Shown piece by piece: positions 31,478 to 42,219 of a stretch of 64,000 nt of DNA (the first letter of the stretch is position 1; the number at the start of each line of letters is the position of its first letter). The position numbers and the translations under genes are program-made. The stretch covers positions 1-64,000 of the IMG/VR virus record IMGVR_UViG_3300044799_000154. One strand, 5' to 3'. The notes below the pieces were generated by a model that was not told the origin of the DNA, did no database searches, and was given only the letters and a program-made list of their open reading frames with translations. Source of the DNA: a virus.

Positions 31478-32308
31478 AGAAAACTCCAACATTTAATAAG
31501 CTCTGTCCCTTCTGTCCTCAAGTGACTTATGCTTATAAATACAAAACTTGGTGTGGATTATTAAGGCATGTTCATACTGAACATCTAAGGGTAATAACAA
31601 GAAGTAGAGGTTATGAGAATTCTTGGTACTTCAAAGGAGAAAAATGGAAGCAAGGTTCTCTAATTTATATTCGAGTCTATGATATTAAGTATTCCAAATA
31701 CCATGATATAGATATCAAATCTCCTGAAGAATGCGAGAAACTCCTAATGGCTTATGTAACGGACAACCCATCCTTTCGTCTCCTTAAGGAGTTGAAAAAA
31801 TGAGTGTTCAAGTTACTAAAGATATCTTAGAATTCTGGGATGAGAAATCCTTCAATCCTTCTTCACGTCATCAAAAACAAATAATTCCCAATCTAGAAAA
31901 TGTTATTTTAGAGAAAATAGAGAAAGAATTATTCTCGAAGTTTCCTGAACTTGTGGCAGGAAATGTTCAAGTAGAAGTACTAGATGATGTTCAACTTAAC
32001 ATGGTTAATATGTATATTAGTTGGAGAGTATGGATGCCAACAGCAGTTAAAGGAAAGATAGTAACGCTTGAAAATATGAAAAGTATTATAAAGATTCAAT
32101 TCTTTACTGACATATTAGAAAATAAACCCGTGGAATATTTCGCCACTCGTTTTGAAGAAGCTCTAGATATGATGGAAGAGCAGATGGATAAAGTTAAGTT
32201 TGAATTCTACAAGAAAGGAATAGACACAAAAGTTGTAGCACCTTATCTAAGAAAATATGCTAAAGGTAAAATTATTCAAGTCCCTATTAATAGCATGAAG
32301 GTCATACC

Positions 32309-32833
32309 ATGAGTGAAGATATCAATCCATCTAGAAAAGAACAAAAGCAGCATATCTATGAGGCTTATATTGATGGTTCTGGAGTTTGGATGGATGAGAA
32401 TGGAAAGCTACAAGAACCTCTATATGGATTCCTAATAACAAAGAAAGGATTTTTCATGGAACCAGACTCTATAATTAATAATCCTTATCCTCCTGTCATT
32501 GTTCAAGCTACAAATAAAACAACAAATAATCAAGCAGAATATCTAGCTTTGAAAGAACTTATTGAGTGGTTACCTGATAGTTCTGTTGTTAAAGTGTTCT
32601 CTGACTCTACTTTAGTTGTTGCTCAATTAGGAGGTCTCATCAAAGGAGTATATACGAAATGGGAATGCAGACATCCAGAATTGAAAGTACTCAAGGCTAA
32701 TATTGAAGCTAGAATTATAGAGAAGCAATTGGCTATTAATCTGGAATGGGTGCCGAGAGAAAAGAACAAGTTTGGTCTAATCCTTCAGAGAATAAATGAA
32801 CGAGCAGCTAACAAACGGAGAGGAAAGAAGTGA
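32309..32833 (+). CDS. rnhA: ribonuclease HI-like protein
   Basis: YIDGS, TNNQAEYLAL, FSDSTLVV and WVPREKN. Confidence 0.8.
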   Translation: MSEDINPSRKEQKQHIYEAYIDGSGVWMDENGKLQEPLYGFLITKKGFFMEPDSIINNPYPPVIVQATNKTTNNQAEYLALKELIEWLPDSSVVKVFSDSTLVVAQLGGLIKGVYTKWECRHPELKVLKANIEARIIEKQLAINLEWVPREKNKFGLILQRINERAANKRRGKK

Positions 32834-34757
32834 CAGAACCTCAGCTTCATCACCATGAGAAGAAGAAATATCCATGGAAGAAAGCTATGTTACCAATGAT
32901 AGGCAGAACTTGTTCAACTGCTGGATGGTTAGGCTTACTATATTTCTTAACATGGAATGAAAATGCAATAGGAATCATTCTTGCTATTGTTCTAATTATT
33001 TTAGGAGATTTCCTAGATGTCTACTCGTACTACTCTTAAACTAGAAAACTTGAATAATCCTTCGTGCAGGTACTCATTAAAATTAAATCCTAAAACTACT
33101 AAAGCTTTAGTTCCTGATGTTATTATGAATACCATAGTTGAAGCAGCTAAGGTCTCTGCTACTATAAGAGACTTGTATGTTCAAGAAATAATATCTGTTC
33201 CTAAAAAGGAATTCAATCCATCAAGACGTGATTCAAATTGTTAAATCCATCCAAGAGAAATGAGAAAGCTAAGTTCCTAATCCATATTGGGAACGGCTTC
33301 ATAGTGGATTCATATTGCGTTAGACTTGATAAGCTAGAGCCTCCTATGTTTGGAGCAAATAGTCCTGAGGACTGGTTGATAGAGATATGCCATGATTATA
33401 TATATCAGAGAAATCCAACTGATTCTTGTTACTATAAATCTTTCATAGTTGAACTAGAAGTAAAATTAGTCACTAGAGATAAGAGATATGATAGTTCTTC
33501 AACTATAATTAAATTGAAAGAGAGAATCTTTGGAAACAGCAAATTAAAGATGTGGAAAAAATAAACCCTTCAAAGAGAGATAAACAATGACATGGATATG
33601 TATCAGAAATATACCTCCAGATTTGTATGGAATAAATTTAGAGAAGTGGAAAAGAGAACAAACTAGAACTCTCTGGGTCAAAAGGGAAGTTCCCAATGAC
33701 CAACTTGAAGATTATGTTAAGAGAGGAGCTAGAGTTATTCAAACCAAAGACTTAACCACTATTCTAGAAGAACCTTCAACCAAATCTGATACTGCTGGAA
33801 AGATATTCAAAGATATTCTTATCAAAGACAGAGTTGATAATGAAATATATGCTGATTTATTGAAGAGCTTTGGATGGATTCCTAAACAGATTGGAAACCC
33901 CAATCTATCATACTATTCTGCATTAGATGAGCAGAAAGTTCAAGCTCATTTCATAGTTGTGGAGAAAGGAGTAAGAATAATCAAAACGGAAACGAGAATT
34001 GTTAGAGCAGGGTCACAAGAAATAGTTTACATCTTAGCTAAGAAAGAACCAATAAACGGTCTTATCTCAGTCTCCTATGTTCGTGGAGCAGAAGGGATAT
34101 ATAAATACGATTCAGCAACTCTCTGCCGTAGAGAAGAAACAAAGAAAGACATGGATGGCAATCCAGTAATTCTTGATAGGGCTAAGATTCCAGAAACTTA
34201 TAATTTGCCAAGGATACTAAATATAGATGAAGCTAGAATAAAGAAGAAAATCTTTGAGGATGATTAGATGACCTATGCAGGATTGTCTTGGGGCAAACCT
34301 ATTTTTCAACCTTTAACCAAGCATTTGCGAATAGACCAAATAACAAAAACAGATACAGAGGCTTTCTTCAAAGCACTATCTAAAACAGGCAAAATTCAAG
34401 TAAAGATAAACTCCATAAACAAGGTAATTGCTATTCGGAAAGGATACTTACGAGAAGATATAGAGAATCCTTCTACTCGAACAGGTAAAGAGAACTTCTA
34501 TGAGATATCAGCCTCATTTCCTCTAAGTTTAGCTAAGAAAGCTGAAGTTGCTCAGTTGTTAGTTCAAGATATCCTTCTAGCTCAGACTCCTATAAAGGAG
34601 ATAGGAAGAGTAGAGAACAATAGGATGATAGTGTCATGGCGACTAAGAATAAAGTAAATTCATGCAGAGGATGTAAATATAAAAAAATACAAGAGCTCTG
34701 TGGGCATTGTACAGAGAATCCATCTAGAAGAAAAGATAAAATAGAAGAGAAAACACC

Positions 34758-35468
34758 ATGGGGATTAGAGATAGACGGAAAGATAAGGATATCAGTCCAA
34801 TCTGTGACAGTGCAACTAGCAGACCTGAAGATTCTTCAAACAAAGATGCACAGGGAACTGCTAAAATCATTGAAGCGAAGATATTGACTGAAGAAGTAAC
34901 ATATCCTTGTCCTAAATGTGGACATTACTACAAGCCATTCATGCATGACAGAGATGGTTTTGCTCTAATGCTCTGTGAGACCTGTAATTGTCAATATAAG
35001 ACATCTACTCGTGTATCTGCTAACTTTAGGAAATTCTGTCAGAAACTTGGTTCTGCTCCTAATAGAAGTCCAACATATTATACTTCTTCAGAAGGAGTTG
35101 TTCAAAGATTCTTGGTGAGCCAAGGATTGAAAGAAGGATTGGATTTCTTCCATAATGCAAGAGTTGGTCCGTTTATCAATGATAACAATCATAAAGTCTA
35201 TTTCTGGTGTGACTTTGTTATTCCCAAATATACTCTTGTCTTAGAAGCTTCTCCCCATATTTGGCACAAAATGTGGAATAGAGAACAAGCAGACAGTCGA
35301 AAAGAGTTATGCTTAGGTAACCTAGGATGGAAAGTAGTTAATCTTGATGAAAAGGACTTACATCAATTGAACAAGATACGCAAAGAGAAGAAGTATCCTA
35401 AGACTGAAAGAGTAAAAGAGATTTATGGAATATTTGGATGTGAGAAGAAGTATGTCAAATACCTTTAA
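34758..35468 (+). CDS. Zn ribbon plus DUF559/Vsr-like PD-(D/E)xK endonuclease
   Basis: TSSE, CDF..P..LVLE, WH, DSRKE..L..LGWKV. Confidence 0.65.
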   Translation: MGIRDRRKDKDISPICDSATSRPEDSSNKDAQGTAKIIEAKILTEEVTYPCPKCGHYYKPFMHDRDGFALMLCETCNCQYKTSTRVSANFRKFCQKLGSAPNRSPTYYTSSEGVVQRFLVSQGLKEGLDFFHNARVGPFINDNNHKVYFWCDFVIPKYTLVLEASPHIWHKMWNREQADSRKELCLGNLGWKVVNLDEKDLHQLNKIRKEKKYPKTERVKEIYGIFGCEKKYVKYL

Positions 35469-35912
35469 CCCTTCTATGAGAAAACAACTAAGAAAGATTA
35501 TAGATAAAATAGAGATAACTTGGAGTTATCATCTTGCTCATCGGAATGCTCACCATAGAGGTAGACTTGCTAAATGTTATTCACTGCATATTATCTGCCA
35601 TTTGAAGAATTCCAAATGGAAGGATACTCATCTATATTTCTCAGACTTGGAATATAGTATGAAAGACCTCAAGAGAATGGAATATGAATTCACACAGATG
35701 AAAAAGTTCTTTGATGAGGTAGAACCATAATGGCACATTATTTCAATCCTTCTGCTAGACACAACTTTCCAACTAAGCATCAAGAGAATAAGATGCTAGT
35801 AGTTTATTGTCGTTGTGGATTCATGATGAGCTATGACCTTTTCACAGATACCTTTGAATGTCAGAAATGTGGTCTACGTTGTACTCCTGAGGCTCTAACA
35901 AGCTTTATAAGG

Positions 35913-35927
35913 AAAAGATTTAAATAG
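35913..35927 (+). promoter_or_regulatory. putative BRE/TATA box upstream of the candidate RNA
   Basis: AAAAGATTTAAATAG about 20 nt before the stem start. Confidence 0.4.
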
Positions 35928-35940
35928 CAAGAGAAACAAT

Positions 35941-36191
35941 AGATAAGTGAGGAAAGGAACAAGGTATCCAGCAAATTTATAACTATGATTAGTAAAAGCT
36001 GTATTGAGTTATAAACTTTGGTAAATAAAGAATACCTATAAGCCATGGAAGGACAACCGCAATCCTTTCGGTATTTAGGTCTGGAGACAGATAAAGGAAC
36101 ACGCTGTCTTCTATAAATCCTGTCTGGAAATGGCTGTAAGATGGGTGGCTGGAACGACCTCATTCTTTGTTCTTCTTTCCTCAATCTTATT
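35941..36191 (+). ncRNA. candidate structured non-coding RNA (~250 nt), family unknown
   Basis: no + strand ORF; 5' ATAAG-TGAGGAAAG-GAACAA pairs with 3' TTGTTC..CTTTCCTCA..CTTAT; internal stems TTTATAACT/AGTTATAAA, AGCCAT/ATGGCT, AGACAG/CTGTCT. Confidence 0.5.
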
Positions 36192-36196
36192 TTTGA

Positions 36197-36610
36197 GTGG
36201 ATAAAAAAATGAAAGAAAAAGATGTTATTTATATTTCTGGAATAATAGATGGAGAAGGTTGTATTGGTATTTTTAAGGAAAATCCGAAAAGAAAACAACC
36301 AGTTCTTAGACCTTTGATTTCTATTACAAATTCTAATCATCAACTTCTAAAATATCTTCTAAAGAGACTTCCAAGAGTGAAACCAACCTTTTATAAACGA
36401 GATATCATTTTTCATAAAAATTGGACTTTAATATTCAGAAAACAAGAAATTGTAGAATCAATCTTGAAAGACATTCTCCCATTTTTAGTTGCCAAGAAGG
36501 AACAAGCAAATTTAGTTCTAAAATTCATCAATCTGAGAAAACAAAATAATAGATATTCACAAGAAGAATGGAAACTTTACACGAAAGTAAAAAATCTCAA
36601 CAATCTTTAA
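36197..36610 (+). CDS. single-motif LAGLIDADG homing endonuclease
   Basis: YISGIIDGEGCI, ISITNSN, ILPFLVAKKEQA; likely start ATG 36209. Confidence 0.85.
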   Translation: MDKKMKEKDVIYISGIIDGEGCIGIFKENPKRKQPVLRPLISITNSNHQLLKYLLKRLPRVKPTFYKRDIIFHKNWTLIFRKQEIVESILKDILPFLVAKKEQANLVLKFINLRKQNNRYSQEEWKLYTKVKNLNNL

Positions 36611-37009
36611 ATACCTGAGTTTTGATAGTTCTATTGGTGGAGAAAATCCACTTGAATTGACTTGAGGTGAAATGAAATGGAAAAGACGGAAATAGAATTG
36701 CTAGACTCAGAGAATACCTTAGTGAGAGTTTTTAGGTATCCTTCAGCAAAGATTACCAATGCTTCCTTTTGTGAAGATGGAAATGCCAACACTATTACTT
36801 TCTATTTTGATTCTTCATACATAAATGCTTTCACAAACAAAAGGGAAACCCGATGGTGTTATTATCTAGAAAGACTAAAGGATGACATCAAGAGAGCAGT
36901 ATCAGAAGGAGCAGATGTAACTCTTATAATAAGAAGATATGCTATGCGTACTTCTGGGCAGCAAGAAAAAGATATGCACGATTTTTGTGAAGATATCATT
37001 TTCAATTAA

Positions 37010-37047
37010 GACTATTCCTTAAAGAATAGTCAATTCCCTTTTTCTTT
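37010..37047 (+). terminator. putative terminator hairpin plus T tract
   Basis: GACTATTC/GAATAGTC stem right after the stop at 37009, then TTTTTCTTT; a TATA-like TTATATA follows at 37054. Confidence 0.55.
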
Positions 37048-37756
37048 CAAAGCTTATATAGCTCAGTAGAGAGTATGTCTAATGAGGATGTCATTGAAAT
37101 TAGAAGACGTTCTAATCCTTATTTCTGTTAAGATAGAGGAGATTAAAGCAACTTTACCAGATAATGGTAGAAGACTAGAATATAAGTGCTTCATCCTCAC
37201 ACAAGAGCAATGGAAAGTCCTTTGTAAAGATGTAACTTTTAAGAATGAGGCAGACCATGGAAATGCTAATCTTGGTGGTATCCCTGTCAAATTTGATGCT
37301 AATTTATCTGAGATGAAGATTGAATACTTTCAAACGGAGAAGCAAAGAAAGTATTTTCGATTGAAAAGGTCAAGAAAACATGACGTATCAGAAAAGAAGA
37401 TTCAATCCCAACTATAGATTCCCTCATCAGAGAACTGATGACAAGGTGTTGAAAAGTATAGCTCTAAGACAACCTAAGTTCCATTATCTTAGGAATCTAG
37501 AGAAAGTTGGTGGACTTGATGGAATGAGTCTTGACTTTGGAGTATGTTGGATATGTTGGATACGCATAACAGGAGAAGGATTGAACAATTGGAGAAAAGA
37601 ACCATTCTCTGAAAATCGAAGTCATTCTGGTATTTGTCCATTATGTTTACAGGAGAAATGGTCTGGACGAGTATGGTATCCTAAACGATTTGTAATGTAT
37701 ACAGAAATAGGTAATCCAAGTAGAAGAGATAATATAGCACCTGAGATGAGAAGTAA

Positions 37757-38002
37757 ATGCTTGACTTAATCTTGAATATCCTTGCTTTCCTTTTCTTGAC
37801 AATTCCATATTTCTTAGCAGCAATGGGAAAATGGAAAGGGGATTCGTACAAGTTCATTGGCTTCAATGTTATAGCTGGAATCTTAATGATTATTTACTTC
37901 ACATTTTGCTTCTTTAATCCAATACTAATTTTGCTCAATGTAATCTGGAGTGTTGGTGGAAGCATTCAAATGTTCAGAAAATGGAGAAGAAAAATAGAAT
38001 GA
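37757..38002 (+). CDS. small three-TM membrane protein
   Basis: three hydrophobic helices. Confidence 0.6.
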   Translation: MLDLILNILAFLFLTIPYFLAAMGKWKGDSYKFIGFNVIAGILMIIYFTFCFFNPILILLNVIWSVGGSIQMFRKWRRKIE

Positions 38003-38583
38003 AAAAGAATGGAAGAATTCCTCGGAAATTCTATATAGCTCATAGCATTATAGAAAGGGAACATGTAAAAGGAATCTGTCTGAAATTACAAGCAATTGGA
38101 ATTGAGACTTTCAATCCTTTCTATCTGGCAGATGGTTCATGGAGACCTGAAAGACCAGAGATAAAGAGGATTGATGAAGGTAAGCTTGACCCATATTATA
38201 TCAAGAACAAATCAAAAGCAAATGGCATAGTAGAGGCAGATTTAAGATTGATAGAGGCAGCAGATGGCATCATTGCTTTCCTTAAATCTCCAAGTGTAGG
38301 AACTTCTATGGAAATATTCTTCTGCTCATACATTCTTCATAAACCAACTTTTGTTATAACTGAGAAAGCTTTCAAACATGCATGGGTTATGGCTCTAGCA
38401 ACTGAGAGATTTAAGAACTTAGATGATTTCATGAGATGGTATAAACGAACATATCCTGTTAGCTTTCCTAAAGTGGAAGTAGATGGAGCAATAAAATTGG
38501 AGAGTATTGAAGATGGAAGAGAAAGAGACGGAAAAGAAAGAGATGGAAGAGATAAGCAGACCTCTGATACCCATAGTAATTGA
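37981..38583 (+). CDS. nucleoside 2-deoxyribosyltransferase-like protein
   Basis: FYIAH, FNPF, DL..I..ADGIIA, SVGTSMEI. Confidence 0.75.
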   Translation: MEKKNRMKKNGRIPRKFYIAHSIIEREHVKGICLKLQAIGIETFNPFYLADGSWRPERPEIKRIDEGKLDPYYIKNKSKANGIVEADLRLIEAADGIIAFLKSPSVGTSMEIFFCSYILHKPTFVITEKAFKHAWVMALATERFKNLDDFMRWYKRTYPVSFPKVEVDGAIKLESIEDGRERDGKERDGRDKQTSDTHSN

Positions 38584-39008
38584 AGTTAAATCCATCTTAG
38601 ATATGATGGAAGCTTGTCCAAATGGAATAATAATGCATAAGAAATTACAACATCATTTCTATTACTATTACATTTCCTTGGGAGAGACACTTGTAGTTAT
38701 AATGTTGTATAAAACAGACAAACCTTTAAGAAGATACATTGGATATCCAAAAGGAAAAATCTTAGAAGCAGATGAACCAAACTCAGATTGCTTTACACCA
38801 ATCATAGAGGTCAATTGCGACCCTATACTTGAATTAAGTGTAATGGAAGAAGATAAAAATGAATAAGAAAAATAAGATATGCCCTAAATGTGGCAAAGAT
38901 ATGCAGTATATAGAACCCTGTCATGAATGTGGTAGACCGTTCTCATACTGGATTTGCTACAATAGTAAAGAGCATGACAATAAAGAAATATACTATGAGA
39001 GGGATTGA

Positions 39009-39260
39009 GTGAGAAGCATTGCAATAGTAGAAGGAACTTGGGTTAAATTCCTAGAAGATCACAAAGTTATTTTAGGAAAAGTAGAAAAGAAAGATTCAAA
39101 TAAACCTTTGAGCCAAGATAACTTCTGGATTAAAACTAAAAGAGGATTTTATCAACCTAATCTTGAAGATATCATTTATGCATTTCCAAAGATTATTTTG
39201 AAAGACAAACTCAAATCTAAAATAAATCCATCTTTAAGAATCCAAAGAGGTTATCCATAA
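39009..39260 (+). CDS. hypothetical protein, paralog of 2928..3179, NPSxR tag
   Basis: same pattern as 2928..3179; INPSLR. Confidence 0.6.
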   Translation: MRSIAIVEGTWVKFLEDHKVILGKVEKKDSNKPLSQDNFWIKTKRGFYQPNLEDIIYAFPKIILKDKLKSKINPSLRIQRGYP

Positions 39261-39526
39261 TGAATGTTTATCAAAAAGCTGTTGAGAAATGGGGTAAAGA
39301 AGCTCAACTAAATATGATAGTTGAGGAATGTGGTGAATTAATAACAGCTATAGAGCATTGGAAAAGAGGAAGAGGAAATGGCGAATTGCTCCAAGAATGG
39401 GCTGATGTAGAAATCATGCTTTCTCAACTTCCATATATCTTTCCTGAAAGTGTTGGTTATTTCAAAATTCAGAAGAAATATAAAGTTGGAAAATTAAGAA
39501 GAAAAATAAGAGGAAAAGAAGAATGA
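39260..39526 (+). CDS. MazG-like NTP pyrophosphatase
   Basis: EECGELI..EWADVEI. Confidence 0.8.
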   Translation: MNVYQKAVEKWGKEAQLNMIVEECGELITAIEHWKRGRGNGELLQEWADVEIMLSQLPYIFPESVGYFKIQKKYKVGKLRRKIRGKEE

Positions 39527-40617
39527 GAAAATATTATCACCCAGGAATATTCCTAGACACAGACAAATCTTTGATATATGAAATAGAGATTCCTGTATTG
39601 CCAGGAAAACCTTATGCAGAAGTAATGCACATTGGAGACCTCCACATTGGACACAAAGACTTTGCTCCAAGATTCTTAGCCAAATACTTAGCATTCCTGA
39701 AAGCTACTCCAGAGAGAAGAGTAGTTATGATGGGCGATTATTTCGAACATGAAGAAGGTACAAACTTTGTGCATGAGCAAGTAATGGATTTCACTACTCA
39801 AGTAAAAGAATTTGTCAAGTTCTTCACTCCTGTCAGCAAACAAATAGTCTCAATGATTTATGGAAACCATGATGAAAGATATTCAAAGCAAACTGGTTCA
39901 GGAATTGACTTGCTAGATTATCTGAGATTGAAAATAGGAAATCCAGACATCTTCATTGCTCCTCCACAAAGAGGATTGATAATAATCTTCAAAGTAAAGA
40001 ATCCAAATGGTGGATACTTTATTTATCCTGAGTATACTTTGCATTCTTCAACAGGAGCAATAGTTAATGTAGAATCTCAATTTAGGAGAACAGCAGATAA
40101 CTTCGATGTCCCCATCATAGCCCATGGTCACACTCATAAGATATTCTGGAAGGAGAATACACGATTTCTAGTTGCTGAAGATGAGAATGGAAGCTTCTCA
40201 AGAGCAGTTGTTAGACAATATTGGATTTCAACTGGATGCACTCTTAGATTTCCTTCATATGGAGAAACCAAATCAATGCCAGTTCCAGATATGGGATGTC
40301 CCATTATTCGTCTGTATGCTGATAGACATGCAGTTGAATATGTAGACCCAAGAACTACTTATGGATTAGACCAAGAACCTTTCACTGAGAGCTATGAGAA
40401 AGAATTAGGAGAAAGATTAGAAGACCCTCAAGATAAAGAGAAAGAACAAGCAAGTGAATGTGATACAGTAGATTCTCAGGAATTAGATGAAATCAAGAAT
40501 CTTAGATGTCCCGAATGCAGTGGTTATAAAATAGGTTCTAAAGGAACTGAATGGGTCTGTAAGTCTTGTGGAAAAAGATGGGTAAAGAATCCTAGAAAAG
40601 ACAAGAAGCATGAATAG
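39523..40617 (+). CDS. calcineurin-like metallophosphoesterase with C-terminal Zn ribbon
   Basis: GDLHIG, MGD, GNHD and HGHTH. Confidence 0.85.
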   Translation: MRKYYHPGIFLDTDKSLIYEIEIPVLPGKPYAEVMHIGDLHIGHKDFAPRFLAKYLAFLKATPERRVVMMGDYFEHEEGTNFVHEQVMDFTTQVKEFVKFFTPVSKQIVSMIYGNHDERYSKQTGSGIDLLDYLRLKIGNPDIFIAPPQRGLIIIFKVKNPNGGYFIYPEYTLHSSTGAIVNVESQFRRTADNFDVPIIAHGHTHKIFWKENTRFLVAEDENGSFSRAVVRQYWISTGCTLRFPSYGETKSMPVPDMGCPIIRLYADRHAVEYVDPRTTYGLDQEPFTESYEKELGERLEDPQDKEKEQASECDTVDSQELDEIKNLRCPECSGYKIGSKGTEWVCKSCGKRWVKNPRKDKKHE

Positions 40618-40960
40618 AATGTCCTCAACCTCGCCATTAGCTGATGAGATACTAAAGAAGAAAATGGATTGCTCTAGTCAGAACTATAATTTGGAAGCTG
40701 TCTTTATCAATCCAATTGACCTAATCTCCTTACTAACTGATATTAGATTCGAAGATGTTAGTTACTATGCACAGAAGAATGCTCCTCTAGATAGAGGCGA
40801 GGTAGGAATGATTCTAGGAGTCAAGATTATAGTCTCAACTAATGTCCCTCTTCACAAACTTCTATTTTCTGTGAATATGGGAGGATATAGAAGTGTTCAA
40901 GGTCCAGCGTGGGATAAAGAGATAGATGAGCAAGTAAATCCGAGTAGGAGAGATAATTAA
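40610..40960 (+). CDS. stand-alone HK97 major-capsid-like fragment with NPSxR tag
   Basis: FINP..L..LL.D..F.....GEVGMILGVKIIVSTNVP resembles the HK97-fold A-domain segment. Confidence 0.5.
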   Translation: MNRMSSTSPLADEILKKKMDCSSQNYNLEAVFINPIDLISLLTDIRFEDVSYYAQKNAPLDRGEVGMILGVKIIVSTNVPLHKLLFSVNMGGYRSVQGPAWDKEIDEQVNPSRRDN

Positions 40961-42205
40961 ATGTTTGACAACATTTTAGATTGGTGGATATTAATTATGA
41001 CTATCGTGAATGTAGTAGTCATTGGTGGATTCTCATTACTTAGAACTTACTATCAACGTAAGGCTCTTAAAGTCCAAGAAGAGACTCTGAAAGAATCAAG
41101 AGAATATTGGAACTCTTGGCAGAAAAGGTCTCAGAACATTAAAGTAGAAATGAAGGATGAAATGAAGAAGGAAGAGAAAGTTGAAAAAGAGTCTAAAAGA
41201 GTTGACAAGAGAAATAGAGCAAATAAACGCAAGACTCAAAGAGATAAAACTGGAAAAGACCAAGCTTGAGACAGAGATTGAACATCTTGAGGATTCTATG
41301 GCTAAAGAGAAAGGGAAGATTACGACAGCTAACATTAATATTAAGAACTTTACAACTAGACGTTTGAAATCTAGAAAAGAGAGGAATAGAATAGTGAGAG
41401 AAGAAGATAATCTTGAGCAGACTGAAAAAGTCAAGAAGAAACAACTGGACAAAGCTAAGAAAGAGTTCTTTGAAAGCATGAAAAACCAAAAGGACTTTAC
41501 AACTGAGAAATATGGTCCAGATTATCTTCAAGATTTGGGTAATCTATTGATAGAGAATGGAAATAGCCATAATAAGAAGAAGGAGGAAAAGAAAGATGAA
41601 AGCACGAAGTAATCCTTGTCCTGTTCCATGTGAAGAAAAAGAATCTGTTTCTAGGACACGATTTGGAAGACTAAAGAGAACTTTTCGAAATTTCAAGAGA
41701 AGAATATCAAAAGAGAATAAGAAAACTAAGATTAAAAGTGGTGGTCTCATGAGAGGTCAATGGAATCAAAAAGATTTGCCTAAAATCGTAAAGAAAATTG
41801 TGGATAACAATCTTGGAATCACTGACATAGAAATTTATTCTAATGAGATTCGTTGGCATTGTGAGATTAATTATTTTGACTTATTCCCTAAGAAGAAAGG
41901 AAATGAAAATCCAAGTAAAAGGGATGAAAATGAATAATGGGAAAAAGATGTTTAGATATTAAGTGTCCTTATCTCGCATATGATGGGACTTGTCTAATGT
42001 CAAAAGGAGAACTAGCAGATAATTGTCCAGCGAGAGAGAATCTTAGAAATGAATCTAAAGATGTTTGGATAACTAACCTCAAATACGTTAAGAAGAATGG
42101 TAATCCTTCAAAGAGAAAGAATATGAAATTGGTGAGTTGAATGAGAAAAAGACAAAGAAAGGGAAAAGCTGGAGAAGATAAGGCTGATCTGGAAGATACC
42201 AATAC

Positions 42206-42219
42206 CAAGGTTAACCATG
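42206..42219. repeat. dispersed palindrome copy (CAAGGTTAACCATG)
   Basis: 13/14 match, inside ORF 42141..42587. Confidence 0.8.

Noticed and set aside
35948-35960. GAGGAAAG as an RNase P RNA signature
   Set aside because: It is not followed by the conserved TCC, and it pairs in a terminal stem; no matching 3' P4 strand was recognised.
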